Positions 8,056 through 19,167 are shown, counted from the first letter of the stretch. The stretch: 64,000 nt of DNA from Cellulomonadaceae bacterium (GCA_031552185.1 JAVBMU010000024.1:185-64184), one strand, 5' to 3'. Translations and numbers: made by a program. The notes: a model not told the origin generated them from the sequence alone.

Positions 8056-11000
8056 CCGCCGGGCCGGGCCGAACGAGCGGCATCCGCCGACCGGGCGGGC
8101 TCCGCCGGAAAGCCGACCTTCAGCTTGGGCCGGGAGTGGCCGCGGGTGTCCTTGAGGATGTCGTACTCCACATCCACGTGCGGCTCGATGGCGCTGTACT
8201 TGTCGTTCGGGGCACCGATCACCAGTTGGAAGCCCAGCCCGCGCCAGGCCCCAATGGCCCGGCCGGTGAAGTGCGCGTCCGCCTTGATCAAGGCCTCGTC
8301 GAGGAAGACCGGCGCGTACCGGGGCCGCGCGGCCCCGGCGTCGCCCAATTGATACCGCAGCGCGGCCCCCACGATGAACGCGACGAGTTCCTGCGACTCG
8401 CCACCGGATTTCTCTCCGATGTGGTCGTACAGCGCGACGTGTGCCATGGTCTCGGCCTGCACCTTCTCGGCGCTCACCCGCACGTGATTGCGCACGTCCA
8501 CCAGGTCCGCGAAGTCGGGCGCGGTGCGGCGCAGCCGGCCGATCACGTCGACCATCCGGGCATAGGCCGCCTGCCGATCGGCGTCGGTCGAGGCCCGATC
8601 GATGTAGGCGCGCACCTGCCGCAGGTCCCGGCGGAATCGTTGCCGCACCGCGCTGTGGTTCTCCTGGGTGTCGATCCGCAGCCGGTGCCGGTCGTCGGCG
8701 AAGGGCAGGTCCGCGAGGATGGCATTGATCGGCTCGATCCGGTCCTTGATCTCCCGGATGGCGCGGACCAGCGTGCCGTCCAGGTTCGTCAGGTCGTTGC
8801 CGGAGAGGGTCAGCAGGCTGTCGCGCCATTCCAGTTTCAGCTCGTGCAGCCCGTGGGTCTCCAGGTCGCTCAGGATCGTTTCGAAATCCCCGTACGCACC
8901 GTCCGGGTCGGCCATCAGGTTGGGATTGGGCCAGCGATCGAGGAAGGTCTCGAAGGTCTGCCCCAGGGCGCCGCGCGCCGCCTCGATCGCGGCCGACGCC
9001 GCGGCCTGCTCGGCGCGGAGCCGCTCGGCCGCGCGGCGCAGCGCGCTGTCGAAGTCGGCCAGGGCGAGGGCGGGTTCGGTCAGCTCCGCGCCGGCCGGGG
9101 CCTCGAACAAATCCTCCAGGTACGCCCGCTGCACCGGATCGACGCCGGCGCCGACCCCATCCACACCATCGCCCGCGCCGACGACGTCGAGCAGCCCCTG
9201 GGCGATGTCGACCTCGTCCGTGGTCCTGGACCACTTGGCGGCCAGAGCGTCCCGGTCGCCCTTGGCCTTCCCGAGGGCCTCGCGCAGGACGTCGGCCTTC
9301 TGCTTGGCCTCATTGTGGCGGCGCTGCAGATCGCCGAGTTCGGGATTGCCGCCGGTGATCTTCTCGATGACGCTCAGCCAATGATCCCGGTCCCCCTCGG
9401 CGGCGACGACGTCGACCTCATCCCAGGCGAGGTCGAGGACGGTGGCCAGGGCGGCGCGGCGCTCGTCGACGGCGTTGAGGTTCTTGACGGCCCGTTCGAC
9501 CGCCGCATCGCACGTGGCCAACGCCGCGCGGGCCTCGTCGATCTGCTCGCCCAGGCGCGCGATCAGCCGGGAGTTCGTGAAGCCCAACACGTTGAGCCGC
9601 CCGTGCCCGCCGTGGGCGCCGCGGCTGCCGCGGGAGAGCTGACCGGTCCGGGTCAGCGCCTTGCGATGCTGCCCGAGTTGGCCGGGTGTCTCCACGCAGA
9701 CGTAGTCGAATCGGCTCGTCAGGACGTCCTGCAGCCAGCCGGTGAACGGCGTCCGGCGGTAGTCGAGCCGGCCGGGCAGCGTCCGGTCGTCGAGGGCGGG
9801 GCCACGCAGGCCGGTGTGCACGCCCTCGTAGCGGATCCGCGTCCCGGTCCGCACCGCGTCGATCGCCGTGCGGAACGAGGACAGGTGGGCGGCGTCGATC
9901 AGCATCGTCGTGGCGAACGAGCCGAGGGCGAGGTTGATCGCCTCCCGCCAGACTTCGTACTCGGTGCGGACCTCCACCAGTTCGCCGACGAACGGCAGGT
10001 CCTCCGGCGTGAGCCGCGCGGCCGCGGCCAGCGCGGCCCGCGCCTCGTGCAGCGGCTGCGGAATATTGTCCCGACGCCGTTGAGCGCCCGAGCGCTCGGC
10101 CTCGAGTCCGGTCAGCGTCCCCCGGGCGTCCCGCTGCTGCGCCATGGCCTCGGCGAACTCGGTGCGGGCCGCCTCGCGGGCCGCCTCGCCGACCGCCTCG
10201 GCCCGGGCGCGGGCCGTCAACTCCGCGAACTCCGCCGCCGTCGCGACCGGCCCGCCCAGGACGGTGAGGGCGTCGTCGAGCCGCTGCCGCTGCTTGCCGA
10301 CGCTCAGCAGGCGCTCCTCGGCGCCCCGGCATTCGTGTCGCGCTCGCTCGAGTCGGTCGCCGCCCGAGGCGCTCAGGGTCTGCGCCAGCCCGTCGCGCTC
10401 CAATTCGGCGGACGCCAGGCGCGACTCCTGCTCCTGGACGACCGCGACGGCCTCGCCGTGGCGCTGCCGCACCTCCTGCTCCACCGCCCGCAGCAGGCTC
10501 AGCCGGCGTTCGGCCCGCCACCGGGCCGCGGGCGAGGACTCGTCGTCGAACGAGCCGATGTGTTCGATCGTGTCCCGCCGCTCGGTCGCCGCGCGCAGCG
10601 CCTTCCGGTGCTCGCGGATCGGGGTGAGCACGCGCACCTGCTGCGCCGCGACGCGCATCCGTTCATGGGTCGCGGCGAGTTGGTCGAAATGCGCGACGAC
10701 GGCGTCGGCGGCGGCGAGCGTCTCCGGCTCCTCCAGGACCATCCGCTTGTAGAGGTCGTCGACCGTCGTGATCTGTTGCCCGGCCTGGATGCGGCCCAGC
10801 AGGCTCACGGCCTTATGCCCGCCGCCGGCCGCCCCGATGCCCAGGGTGGAGTGCAGTCGCGCGGTGAAATCCCGGTCGGTGTCGAACGGGGTCAGGCCGG
10901 TGGCCGCGACCGCCGGCTTGCCGAACCGCGCGGCGGCCGCCGCGGCGAGGTCCATGAGGTCGAAGGCGTCGTCGCGGGTCGCCCGGACTGCGGTGACGTC

Positions 11001-11468
11001 CTCGAGGGTTCGGGCCGCCACCGGCACGTACCAGGCCCGCACGGCGGAGAACAGGGCCCCGGTCGGGTCGACCCAGGTCATCGCGATCCCGGTCCAAATG
11101 TCCCGGTCCTCGCCCCGCAGCACGCGCACTTTCGTGCCCTCGTCCGTGCGCGACTCGTCGAGTTTTCCGCGGGCGTAGGAAAGGATGTTGCGCTGGTCCT
11201 TGCCGCGCGGGCGCCCGACGACGCCGCCGTTGGACGCCCCGTTGAACGGTGTGGTGTGGGGCATGAGCAGCGCGATGTAGGCGTCCATCAGGGTGGACTT
11301 GCCCGAGCCCGAGCCGCCGCACAGCAGCGTCGCCGTCGGCGAGAACCGGACCCGGTGCGGGCCGCCGTCGTACCCGCCCCAGTTCACGAGCTGAAGATCC
11401 CGGGCGATCCATTGCTGCCCGCGCGAGGCAGCGGGAATGAGCCCGAACAGGGTGTCGATCATGCTCAT
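8052..11468 (-). CDS. jetC: Wadjet JetC-like SMC/MukB-type ATPase
   Basis: ORF 8052..11468 (1138 aa). Walker A '[15 protein letters not shown]', signature '[11 protein letters not shown]', Walker B '[12 protein letters not shown]'. Long Ala/Arg/Glu/Leu-rich central region consistent with a coiled coil. ATGA overlaps on both sides. Confidence 0.85.
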   Translation of the reverse strand: MSMIDTLFGLIPAASRGQQWIARDLQLVNWGGYDGGPHRVRFSPTATLLCGGSGSGKSTLMDAYIALLMPHTTPFNGASNGGVVGRPRGKDQRNILSYARGKLDESRTDEGTKVRVLRGEDRDIWTGIAMTWVDPTGALFSAVRAWYVPVAARTLEDVTAVRATRDDAFDLMDLAAAAAARFGKPAVAATGLTPFDTDRDFTARLHSTLGIGAAGGGHKAVSLLGRIQAGQQITTVDDLYKRMVLEEPETLAAADAVVAHFDQLAATHERMRVAAQQVRVLTPIREHRKALRAATERRDTIEHIGSFDDESSPAARWRAERRLSLLRAVEQEVRQRHGEAVAVVQEQESRLASAELERDGLAQTLSASGGDRLERARHECRGAEERLLSVGKQRQRLDDALTVLGGPVATAAEFAELTARARAEAVGEAAREAARTEFAEAMAQQRDARGTLTGLEAERSGAQRRRDNIPQPLHEARAALAAAARLTPEDLPFVGELVEVRTEYEVWREAINLALGSFATTMLIDAAHLSSFRTAIDAVRTGTRIRYEGVHTGLRGPALDDRTLPGRLDYRRTPFTGWLQDVLTSRFDYVCVETPGQLGQHRKALTRTGQLSRGSRGAHGGHGRLNVLGFTNSRLIARLGEQIDEARAALATCDAAVERAVKNLNAVDERRAALATVLDLAWDEVDVVAAEGDRDHWLSVIEKITGGNPELGDLQRRHNEAKQKADVLREALGKAKGDRDALAAKWSRTTDEVDIAQGLLDVVGAGDGVDGVGAGVDPVQRAYLEDLFEAPAGAELTEPALALADFDSALRRAAERLRAEQAAASAAIEAARGALGQTFETFLDRWPNPNLMADPDGAYGDFETILSDLETHGLHELKLEWRDSLLTLSGNDLTNLDGTLVRAIREIKDRIEPINAILADLPFADDRHRLRIDTQENHSAVRQRFRRDLRQVRAYIDRASTDADRQAAYARMVDVIGRLRRTAPDFADLVDVRNHVRVSAEKVQAETMAHVALYDHIGEKSGGESQELVAFIVGAALRYQLGDAGAARPRYAPVFLDEALIKADAHFTGRAIGAWRGLGFQLVIGAPNDKYSAIEPHVDVEYDILKDTRGHSRPKLKVGFPAEPARSADAARSARPGG

Positions 11469-12139
11469 CGCGCCGGCTCCGCGCTGGTGCCCTCGGCCCG
11501 GTCCCCGGCCGCAGGCTCGGTTCGGGCCCGCAACCAGCGCTTCAACTCGGCCAGGCGCTCGGTGCTCAGCACGATCTCAACGAGCGGGGTGATCCGGAAT
11601 CGCCCCACGGACTCCTCCTGAATGATTCCCTCCCGCTCGAGACGTTCGATCGCCCGGCGGATTTCCGCCTGCGGGCCGGCGATCCGGCCGTCCGCCGCAT
11701 CGTAGTAGGTGAGAACGGTCTGTTCGATCTCCTCGACGTCGACCCGGGCGGAGGCCTCCCCCGCGGTGCGCTCCCGCTGGAGCACCGTGCGCAGATGGAC
11801 CAGGACGAGCGTCTCCGCCCGGCTGTACGGGTCGTCCTTGAGCAGGATGGGCACGTCGAGGTCGGCGGAACGCACCTGCCGCTTGTAGGCGATGCCCCGT
11901 TCGTGGTCCACCACCAGCCGGACGAACAGATCGTGCAGCCGCGACTCGATGGTCGGCTGGTGGGTCAGGAGGGTCTGCCACAGCCGCGGGCTTTGCTCCG
12001 CCTGCAGGAACCGGCGCTGCAGCAGCCGCACGAGCACCCGCCGCACCTCGGGGTCGAGGACGCCTCGGTCGCCGGCGAAGCATTCGGCCGGGTCCTCCTC
12101 CATCGACACGGGCTCGATGAACCCCGCGGCGTCACTCAT
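11465..12139 (-). CDS. jetB: Wadjet JetB-like protein (DUF4194-like, MukE/MksE analogue)
   Basis: ORF 11465..12139 (224 aa). Acidic helical protein with '[13 protein letters not shown]...[26 protein letters not shown]', recognised as DUF4194-like. Lies between the jetA-like and jetC-like genes with overlapping stops and starts. Confidence 0.8.
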   Translation of the reverse strand: MSDAAGFIEPVSMEEDPAECFAGDRGVLDPEVRRVLVRLLQRRFLQAEQSPRLWQTLLTHQPTIESRLHDLFVRLVVDHERGIAYKRQVRSADLDVPILLKDDPYSRAETLVLVHLRTVLQRERTAGEASARVDVEEIEQTVLTYYDAADGRIAGPQAEIRRAIERLEREGIIQEESVGRFRITPLVEIVLSTERLAELKRWLRARTEPAAGDRAEGTSAEPAR

Positions 12140-13715
12140 CGTCGGTCTCCGTCCGTCCCGGGGCTGTGGTCGGGGCTGTGGTCGGGGCCGTGGTCACCGC
12201 GCCGAACGCGAACCGCCGCGTCGTCCCGTCGGCCCGGCGGGCGTCAACGGCGGATACCTGGCCCGTCTCGGTCAGGCCGTAACTATGCGCCACCTCGAGC
12301 AGACCGAGCAGGTCCACCGGGCGGCGAAGGGCCGGGGGCGCGGCGTCGAACACGGCCGCGATGTCCACCGGGCCGCCGTCGGCCGCGACGGCGTGCAGGT
12401 GCTCCTCGAGGAGCGCGTACTGCGGGCCACCCCACGCCCGCAGGTCCTCCTCCGCAAACTCGGCCTCGTCGGTCCAGTCCGACAGGTCGGCCGGGAGCCG
12501 GGGCGGGTGGAGGTCGCCGAGCGACTGGCGCAGGCGCGCCACCTCGGCCACCGGCAGCCGGCGCAGCGGTTCGATCGGATCCGCCCGGCGCGAGCCCGGC
12601 AACCACGCCTGGAGCCCGGACATCACATCCCGCAGCAGATCGTCCACCTGGCGGTCACGGGCCGGATCGTGCGTGCGAACCTGGGTGGTGATGACGTGCG
12701 ACGCCTGCCGCTGCGCCGCCAATACCTCGTCCACGCCCTGCTGGATCCGGCGGCCGACGGCGCCCAACTCGGTCTGTTGCACGGCGTCGAGCCGGCGCGC
12801 GAACTGGTGCCGGAGCACCGTCCGCAGGTGCGTCGACAGGGCGTCGATCCGCCCCGCATCGCCGATCAGGTGCATCGCCCCGTCGAAGGCGCGGCCCTCC
12901 GGCGTCGACTCCAGCACGTGCCGCCCGCGCTGCAGATACTCGCGCAGCACCTCGCCGCTCGGGCGCACGTCCTGGCGCAGGTCCGTGACCGTGTCGCGCT
13001 GCATCGCCTTGATCGACTCCGCCACCCGGGCGAAGTCGGCCGGCAGTTCCCGGACCAGGTGCAGGACGTTCTCCGCCTCCTCCAGGAGCCGCTCGTCGGC
13101 GACGGCCTCGATCGCGCCGCCCCGTTCCAGGCGGGCGAGTTCCGCCTGGCGGTCGCTGATCTCATCCGCGAGCCGCGCGATCCGGACCGCGACGTCCGGA
13201 TCAGTGTCCTGCGCCAGCCGTTCCACCGCTTCGAGCAGCGTCCGCACCCGCGATTCGGAGACCCGCGCCCGCTTGCTGCCCGCCCGACCCGCGATCTCCA
13301 GGGCGCCCACCGCGTGCGCGGACAGCCGATAGACCTCCGTGTCGCCCTCGATCTGCGGCAACAGCCAGCCGACCTTCGCCCAGTGCCGGCACAGGTCCCG
13401 GCCGGTCCCCGCCGGAATCGGCGGGTCGCCGTCGTCGACCTCGCCGTAGCCCGCTGCCCGCAGTTCGGCCAGCATGTCGCCGACGTGGAGATGCGCGTCG
13501 GCCACGCTCACCGTGGGCCGATCCGCGGTGAAGACCACCGACAGCGCCGCCACCACAAACGGGGCGTACCGGCCGTGCAGCAGGCCGAGCATCGGGCTCC
13601 GGAAGGCGGCGACAGCGCCACGGAAAGCGCCCTCCGCACGTGTGTTCAGCATCGATACCAGCGTATCCAACGCCCGGACGGGCGATCGGGCCGCCCGCCC
13701 GCGCCGTCCGACCAC
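12132..13715 (-). CDS. jetA: Wadjet JetA-like protein (DUF3375-like, kleisin-type MksF analogue)
   Basis: ORF 12132..13715. All-helical protein of about 500 aa without catalytic motifs, resembling DUF3375 and sitting first in the set. The 13715 start is a GTG directly abutting the HAD stop. An alternative ATG at 13652 gives 'MLNTRAEG'. Confidence 0.8.
   Translation of the reverse strand: MVGRRGRAARSPVRALDTLVSMLNTRAEGAFRGAVAAFRSPMLGLLHGRYAPFVVAALSVVFTADRPTVSVADAHLHVGDMLAELRAAGYGEVDDGDPPIPAGTGRDLCRHWAKVGWLLPQIEGDTEVYRLSAHAVGALEIAGRAGSKRARVSESRVRTLLEAVERLAQDTDPDVAVRIARLADEISDRQAELARLERGGAIEAVADERLLEEAENVLHLVRELPADFARVAESIKAMQRDTVTDLRQDVRPSGEVLREYLQRGRHVLESTPEGRAFDGAMHLIGDAGRIDALSTHLRTVLRHQFARRLDAVQQTELGAVGRRIQQGVDEVLAAQRQASHVITTQVRTHDPARDRQVDDLLRDVMSGLQAWLPGSRRADPIEPLRRLPVAEVARLRQSLGDLHPPRLPADLSDWTDEAEFAEEDLRAWGGPQYALLEEHLHAVAADGGPVDIAAVFDAAPPALRRPVDLLGLLEVAHSYGLTETGQVSAVDARRADGTTRRFAFGAVTTAPTTAPTTAPGRTETDDE
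12160..12195 (-). repeat. 12-bp x3 in-frame tandem repeat encoding '[12 protein letters not shown]' at the JetA C-terminus
   Basis: GGGGCTGTGGTC x2 plus GGGGCCGTGGTC, read at 12160-12195. Confidence 0.85.
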
Positions 13716-14351
13716 TCAACTCGGCGCGACCGCGACCCCGAGCCCGATCAGCGCCGCCCGCAGGCCGCGCACGCCGTCGAACAGGTGCGTCCGCAAGCCG
13801 CAGGCCTCGGCCGCGAGCAGATTCGCGGGCGAATCGTCGACGAACAGCGTCCGCCCCGGGGCCAGGCCGAAACGCCGGATGGTCACGTCGAAGATCAGCG
13901 GGTCGGGTTTGGCGAGCCCCACCCGGCCGGAGACGAGGACGTCGTCGAGCAATGTGGTGGCCGGCGCCGCGCCCGCCGCGTGGTGGAAGGTCTCGGCCGA
14001 CCAGTTGGTCAGCCCGTACAGCCGCAGCCCGAGGCCACGCAGCTCGCCCACCAGTTCCGCCGAACCCGGGATCGGACCGACGAGCGAGGCGGCAAAGTTC
14101 GCCACATACAGGTCGAGGTTCGGCCCGTGCTCCGGGTGCGTCGCGACGACGGCGCGGCGGGCGTCGGCCCAACTGCGCCCGCCGTCCTGCAGGTGGTTGA
14201 GCGCGGGAAAGTCGATCTCGGCGAAGAACCGCTCCACCTCCGCCCGGGACAGGTGCCCCTCGTAGGCGAGGTAAGGATCCCAATGCACCAGGACGCCGCC
14301 GAAGTCCAACAGGACGGCGTCGATCAGGCGGGGCGTCGGCCGTGGCGTCAC
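13716..14351 (-). CDS. HAD-superfamily hydrolase (subfamily IA-like)
   Basis: Last 211 aa of ORF 13716..16937. Motif I 'LLDFGGVLV', motif II 'LTNWS', motif III/IV 'KPDP...FVDDS'. The GTG at 14351 overlaps the priA stop (GTGA). Confidence 0.8.
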   Translation of the reverse strand: MTPRPTPRLIDAVLLDFGGVLVHWDPYLAYEGHLSRAEVERFFAEIDFPALNHLQDGGRSWADARRAVVATHPEHGPNLDLYVANFAASLVGPIPGSAELVGELRGLGLRLYGLTNWSAETFHHAAGAAPATTLLDDVLVSGRVGLAKPDPLIFDVTIRRFGLAPGRTLFVDDSPANLLAAEACGLRTHLFDGVRGLRAALIGLGVAVAPS

Positions 14352-16621
14352 ACCAGCTCCCTGGGGTCGAGTTGGGCGCGGACGGTCCCACCTTCCCGCC
14401 GGGCGGAGCGGACCGCCATCGACGCCGCGACCTGCGCGGCCAACGCCGCGCCCGCGGCGGCCGGGACGCGAATCGCGACCCGCACCTTCGGGTCCAGGGT
14501 GGGTTCGGCGGTGTGGACCTCGGTGGGTCCCAGGACGGCCTGCGGCGTGGCGAGTTCGATCCGGCCGACGACGGCGGCGACGGCCGCGCGGTCCCCCGTC
14601 ACCGCCGCCACCCGAACGGCCGGCGGCAGGCCGAGTTCGAGCCGGTCGGCGAATTCCCGGGCGGCCAGCCCGCCGGGATCCCACCGCACCAGGGCGCCGG
14701 TCGGCGCCGGGGCAGCGTCCCCGACCAACAGCACTTGGCCGCCGGCTGCCGCCGGCCGGACCAGGCTCGCCGCAGCGAGCCACCGGTGCAGTGCCCGGGT
14801 CGCCACGTCGAGCCCGACGGGCGTCGTGCTCGCCGCGGCGTCGAGCAGCAACGCGGCCGCGTAGCCCCCGGGTGCGGCGGGTTCGGCGCCCGGCGTCGCC
14901 ACCACCAGCGCGGGGCCGGCCGGTACCTCCGACAGCACGCCGCCGGGCGCGCTCGCGGCCGAGACCCGCACCGGCACGCCCGGGAAGGCACGGCCGAGTT
15001 CCTCGGCCGTGCGGGCCGAGCCGACCCGGATCGAGCGCAGGGCCGTCCCGCCGCAGGCCGGGCAGCTCCAGCCGCCGGGCAGCGCGCCGCACCAGGTGCA
15101 CTGCGGCCCGGCGCCGGCCGCGGGTACCGCGAGCGGGCCGTGGCAAACGGAGCACCGCGCCGGCTCCCGACAGCGGGCACAGGCCACCACGGGCAGGTAG
15201 CCGGCCCGCGGCACCTGCACCAGGACGGGCCCGGCGGCGAGGGCCGCCTTGGCCGCGCGCCAGGCCGCCGACGGGATCCGCGCGGCGGCGCCGGGACCCT
15301 CGTTGGCGAGTTCGGCTGAGGTCAGCGCCCGCACCCGCGGGCCGCGGGCGCGCAGAACGGCCCGGGGCGCGGCCAGTTCGCGCGCCCACCCGGATTCGAG
15401 CCGGGCCTGGGCCTCGACCGTGCGGCCGAGCGAACCGATCAGCATGGCGCACGTCTCCAGGCCGGCCCGAATCGCGAGCACATCCAGCGCCTGGGGGTAG
15501 GGCGCGCGCGGCTCGGTGAGCGTCTCCTCGCCGTCGTCCCACGTCACGATCAGGCCGAGGTCCCGGACGGGGGCGAAGGCGGCAGCCCGGGTGCCGACGA
15601 CGACGCGGGCGGAACCGCGCAGGGCGGCCAGGAAGGCCCGGTAGCGGGCCGCGGGACCCTGATCCGCGGTCAGCCTGACCACCGGCGCCGCTGTGTTCGA
15701 GCGGTCCGGCTCGGGCAGGCCGGCCGCGGCCAGGGCCGCGCAGACCCGCGCCACGTCGCGGGCATCCGGCACGACGACGAGCGCACCCCGGCCGCTGCGC
15801 ACCGCCACCGCGGCGGTTCCCGCGATCGCCGCTGCCCAATGCGGGCCGGCCGCGCCGGCCGCGCCCGGCAGGGCGGTCCACACCGCCCGCGGGGCGTGCC
15901 CGGCAGCGAGATGGGAAAGGAAGGCCGCCCCGCCCCGGTAGTCCGCCCACGCCGCGCCCGGCGTCGGCCCGGACCGGTCGCCGAACCCGGGAACGGATGC
16001 CGAATCGGGGCCGATCCGGGGCTCGGTCCCGGGCTCGGTCCCGGGCTCGACGGCCGGCGCCGCGGTCCCGGCCGCCTCGACCCGGGCATGCCGCGGCGGG
16101 ATTGCCAGCCGGAGCACGTCCGCGAGGGTGCCCGCGTACCGGTCCGCCACGGCCCGGGCCAGCCGCGCCACCTCGGGGGTCAGCACCGGTTCCGCCGAGA
16201 CGACCCGCCGCAGCGGCAGCAACCGACCCGGGTGCTCGCTCGCCGCCACCCGGGCCAGCAGGTAGCCGCCGACATCCTGCCCGCCGAACCGGGCCCGGAT
16301 CCGCACGCCGGGCTGCGCATCGGCGTCCATCGCGGCCGGAACGAGGTAATCGAAGACGCGGTCCAGGTGGGCAGGCTGCAGTTCGAGCGCGACCCGGGCG
16401 ATCGGGCGCTCGCCGGCGAGGGCCGGCTCGGCGCGGGACCGGGCGCCGGCCGCCCGGGCCTTCGCGGGCGGCGTCAATCCCGGCAACGCGCCCTGCGCCC
16501 CGATTTCGGTCGACGGCGGCCGCGCGGTGGTCGTTGCCGACGGCCCGGGCAACGTGCCCCGGCCGGCCTCGGTCGACGGCGCCGAGCCGGGCCGGGCGCC
16601 CGGGCCCGAACCGTCGCCCAT
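14348..16621 (-). CDS. priA: Primosomal protein N' (PriA)-like
   Basis: ORF 14348..16621. 'LDRVFDYLVP' 3'-DNA-binding-domain signature. Cys-rich zinc region 'CARCREPARCSVCHGPL...CTWCG...CPACGG'. Lies downstream of metK, as in other actinobacteria. Confidence 0.85.
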   Translation of the reverse strand: MGDGSGPGARPGSAPSTEAGRGTLPGPSATTTARPPSTEIGAQGALPGLTPPAKARAAGARSRAEPALAGERPIARVALELQPAHLDRVFDYLVPAAMDADAQPGVRIRARFGGQDVGGYLLARVAASEHPGRLLPLRRVVSAEPVLTPEVARLARAVADRYAGTLADVLRLAIPPRHARVEAAGTAAPAVEPGTEPGTEPRIGPDSASVPGFGDRSGPTPGAAWADYRGGAAFLSHLAAGHAPRAVWTALPGAAGAAGPHWAAAIAGTAAVAVRSGRGALVVVPDARDVARVCAALAAAGLPEPDRSNTAAPVVRLTADQGPAARYRAFLAALRGSARVVVGTRAAAFAPVRDLGLIVTWDDGEETLTEPRAPYPQALDVLAIRAGLETCAMLIGSLGRTVEAQARLESGWARELAAPRAVLRARGPRVRALTSAELANEGPGAAARIPSAAWRAAKAALAAGPVLVQVPRAGYLPVVACARCREPARCSVCHGPLAVPAAGAGPQCTWCGALPGGWSCPACGGTALRSIRVGSARTAEELGRAFPGVPVRVSAASAPGGVLSEVPAGPALVVATPGAEPAAPGGYAAALLLDAAASTTPVGLDVATRALHRWLAAASLVRPAAAGGQVLLVGDAAPAPTGALVRWDPGGLAAREFADRLELGLPPAVRVAAVTGDRAAVAAVVGRIELATPQAVLGPTEVHTAEPTLDPKVRVAIRVPAAAGAALAAQVAASMAVRSARREGGTVRAQLDPRELV

Positions 16622-16624
16622 GGC

Positions 16625-17833
16625 TCAGATCGCGGCGAGCAGGTCGGCGACCCGGTCGGTGCGCTCCCAGGTGAAGTCGGGCAGATCGCGGCCGAAGTGC
16701 CCGTACGCGGCGGTCGCGCCGTAGATCGGCCGCAGCAGATCCAGGTCGCGGATGATCGCGGCCGGCCGCAGGTCGAACACGGCGCGGATCGCCGCCGCGA
16801 GCCGCTCGACCGGCACGGCCTCGGTGCCGAACGTCTCGACGTACAGCCCCACCGGGTGCGCGACGCCGATCGCGTACGCCACCTGCACCTCGCACCGGCG
16901 CGCCAGCCCCGCCGCGACCACGTTCTTGGCCACCCACCGGGTCGCGTACGACGCCGACCGGTCCACCTTCGAGGGGTCCTTGCCGGAGAAGGCGCCGCCG
17001 CCGTGCCGGGCGCTGCCGCCGTACGTGTCGACGATGATCTTGCGCCCGGTCAGCCCGGCGTCCCCGCGCGGGCCGCCGACCACGAACAATCCGGTCGGGT
17101 TCACGAACAGCCGAAAGTCGCGCGGGTCGAAGCCCGAGGCGTTCCCGGCAGCCTCGAGCACCGGCAGCACCACCGCCTCCTGCACCTGCCGGTGCAGTTT
17201 CTCCTGAACGACGTCCGGATCGTGCTGGGTGGCCACGACGACGGTGTCCAGCCGGACCGGCCGGTCGCCGTCGTACTCGATGGTGACCTGAGTCTTGCCG
17301 TCCGGGCGCAGGCCGGGCACGCTGCCGTCCCGGCGCACGGCGGCGAGCCGCTCGGCGAGCCGGTGCGCCAGCCAGATCGGCAGCGGCATCAGGGCCGGCG
17401 TCTCATCGCAGGCGTAGCCAAACATCAGGCCCTGGTCGCCCGCGCCCTGGGCGTCGATGGGATCGTGCCGGGCGCCGGACTCGTCGACCCGCTCCTCCAG
17501 CGACTTGTCCACGCCCTGCGCGATGTCGGGCGACTGCTGGCCGATCGAGACGGAGACCCCGCACGAATCGGCGTCGAACCCGATGGCCGAGGAGGTGTAG
17601 CCGATCCGCCGCACGACCTCCCGGATCACCTGCGGGATCTCGACGTACGCCTCGGTGGTCACCTCGCCGGCCACGTGCACGAGGCCGGTCGTCACCAGGG
17701 TCTCGACGGCCACCCGCGAACCGGGATCCTGGCGCAGCATGGCGTCGAGGATCGCGTCGGAGATCTGGTCGCAGACCTTGTCGGGGTGACCCTCGGTGAC
17801 GGATTCTGAGGTGAACAGGCGCTGGTTGGACAT
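16625..17833 (-). CDS. metK: S-adenosylmethionine synthase
   Basis: ORF 16625..17833. '[24 protein letters not shown]', '[12 protein letters not shown]', '[16 protein letters not shown]'. Confidence 0.97.
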   Translation of the reverse strand: MSNQRLFTSESVTEGHPDKVCDQISDAILDAMLRQDPGSRVAVETLVTTGLVHVAGEVTTEAYVEIPQVIREVVRRIGYTSSAIGFDADSCGVSVSIGQQSPDIAQGVDKSLEERVDESGARHDPIDAQGAGDQGLMFGYACDETPALMPLPIWLAHRLAERLAAVRRDGSVPGLRPDGKTQVTIEYDGDRPVRLDTVVVATQHDPDVVQEKLHRQVQEAVVLPVLEAAGNASGFDPRDFRLFVNPTGLFVVGGPRGDAGLTGRKIIVDTYGGSARHGGGAFSGKDPSKVDRSASYATRWVAKNVVAAGLARRCEVQVAYAIGVAHPVGLYVETFGTEAVPVERLAAAIRAVFDLRPAAIIRDLDLLRPIYGATAAYGHFGRDLPDFTWERTDRVADLLAAI

Positions 17834-17843
17834 GACGCTCAGC

Positions 17844-19133
17844 CTACGTGCCGACCGGCATGTCCGGGCGCATCGGCCGATCGTCGAGAATCGCCGCCAC
17901 GGCGTCCCAGATCGCGTCCGCCACGGTCGCCTTGGTGCCCTCGGCCACGGCGACCACCTCTCCGGTTCGGTCGAGGATCGTCACCGCGTTGTCCGGCGTG
18001 CCGAACCCGCGCCCGGCGCCGACGGCGTTGACCACCAGCAGGTCGGCGCCCTTGCGGCGGGCCTTCGCCCGGCCGTGATCGAGCACCGTTCCGGTGTCGT
18101 CGCCCGTCTCCGCCGCGAATCCGATCACGACCTGCCCCGGCTGCAGCCGGTCGGCCGCGAGTTCGGCCAGGATGTCCGGGTTCTCGATCAGCTCGATCGG
18201 GGTCGGCGCCCGGCCGGCCACCTTCTTGGTCTTGGCCTCGCCCACTGCGGCCGGGCGGAAGTCCGCCACCGCGGCGGCCATGACGACGACGTCGGCATCC
18301 TTTCCCGCGGCCCGCACGGCAGCCCGCAGCTCGGCTGTGTTCTCCACCGGCACGACGGCGACCGAGCGGGGGTCCGCCCGGGTCCCGGAACCGTCGAGCG
18401 CGGCGTCGAGCACGTCGTTTGCGAGGTTGGCGGCGACCAGCGTCACCCGCGCGCCGCGGCGGGCCGCGGTTGCGGCCAGGGCCGCGCCCTGCCGGCCGCT
18501 GGACCGGTTGCCGATGAACCGCACCGGGTCGATCGGCTCGCGGGTGCCGCCGGCCGAGACGACCACGTGCCGGCCGGACAGGTCCGCACCCGGTCCGGGC
18601 GCGCCCCGGGGCGCGACCAGGGCCAGCGCGGCGGCGGCGATCTGCGCCGGATCGGGCAACCGCCCCGGCCCCGAGTCGGCGCCGGTCAGCCGGCCGTCGG
18701 CCGGATCGAGCACGGTGATCCCCCGGGCGCGCAGCGTCGCCACGTTGGCGACGGTCGCGGGGTGCTGCCACATCTCCGTGTGCATCGCGGGCGCCATGAG
18801 CACCGGGCAACGGGCGGTCAGCAGGGTGGTGGTGAGCAGGTCGTCGGCCCGCCCGCCGGCCGCCCGGGCGAGCAGGTCGGCCGTGGCGGGCGCGACGACG
18901 ATCAGCTCGGCTTGCCGCCCGAGGGCGACGTGGGCGACGCCGGCGGCGTCGTCGAACACGTCCGCCGTGGCGGGCTCACCGGACAACGATTCCCAGGTGG
19001 GAGCGCCGACGAACCGCAGGGCGGCGCGGGTGGGCACCACCCGCACGGCGTGTCCCGCCTCCCGCAGGAGCCGGAGCAGCAGGACGGCCTTGTAGGCCGC
19101 CACGCCGCCCGCCACGCCCAGGACGATCCTCAT
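17844..19133 (-). CDS. coaBC: Bifunctional phosphopantothenoylcysteine decarboxylase / phosphopantothenate-cysteine ligase
   Basis: Last 429 aa of ORF 17844..19361. '[15 protein letters not shown]', '[23 protein letters not shown]'. The ATG at 19133 is preceded by GGGGAG. Confidence 0.92.
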   Translation of the reverse strand: MRIVLGVAGGVAAYKAVLLLRLLREAGHAVRVVPTRAALRFVGAPTWESLSGEPATADVFDDAAGVAHVALGRQAELIVVAPATADLLARAAGGRADDLLTTTLLTARCPVLMAPAMHTEMWQHPATVANVATLRARGITVLDPADGRLTGADSGPGRLPDPAQIAAAALALVAPRGAPGPGADLSGRHVVVSAGGTREPIDPVRFIGNRSSGRQGAALAATAARRGARVTLVAANLANDVLDAALDGSGTRADPRSVAVVPVENTAELRAAVRAAGKDADVVVMAAAVADFRPAAVGEAKTKKVAGRAPTPIELIENPDILAELAADRLQPGQVVIGFAAETGDDTGTVLDHGRAKARRKGADLLVVNAVGAGRGFGTPDNAVTILDRTGEVVAVAEGTKATVADAIWDAVAAILDDRPMRPDMPVGT

Positions 19134-19167
19134 CCGCCGGATCTCCCCAGGTCGCGGCGCGCCGTGC

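Noticed and set aside
8136-11621. 1161-aa plus-strand ORF antisense to jetC
   Set aside because: It is a mirror-frame ORF of a motif-bearing gene in very high-GC DNA. The product is Arg/Gly/Pro/Val-rich with no recognisable motif, signal or ribosome-binding site.
6802-14351. Mobile-element boundaries around the Wadjet/HAD insertion (integrase, transposase, tRNA target, flanking direct repeats)
   Set aside because: None were seen. The junctions are a GTGA overlap with priA and a 27-nt spacer before fmt. The absence is reported as part of the finding rather than as a mobile element.
16622-17843. SAM riboswitch upstream of metK, and T-box or other leaders upstream of alaS, aspS and hisS
   Set aside because: The metK upstream gap is only 10 nt. 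The spacers before alaS (about 130 nt) and aspS (about 105 nt) show no T-box specifier or T-box sequence that I could recognise. The hisS upstream gap is 64 nt.
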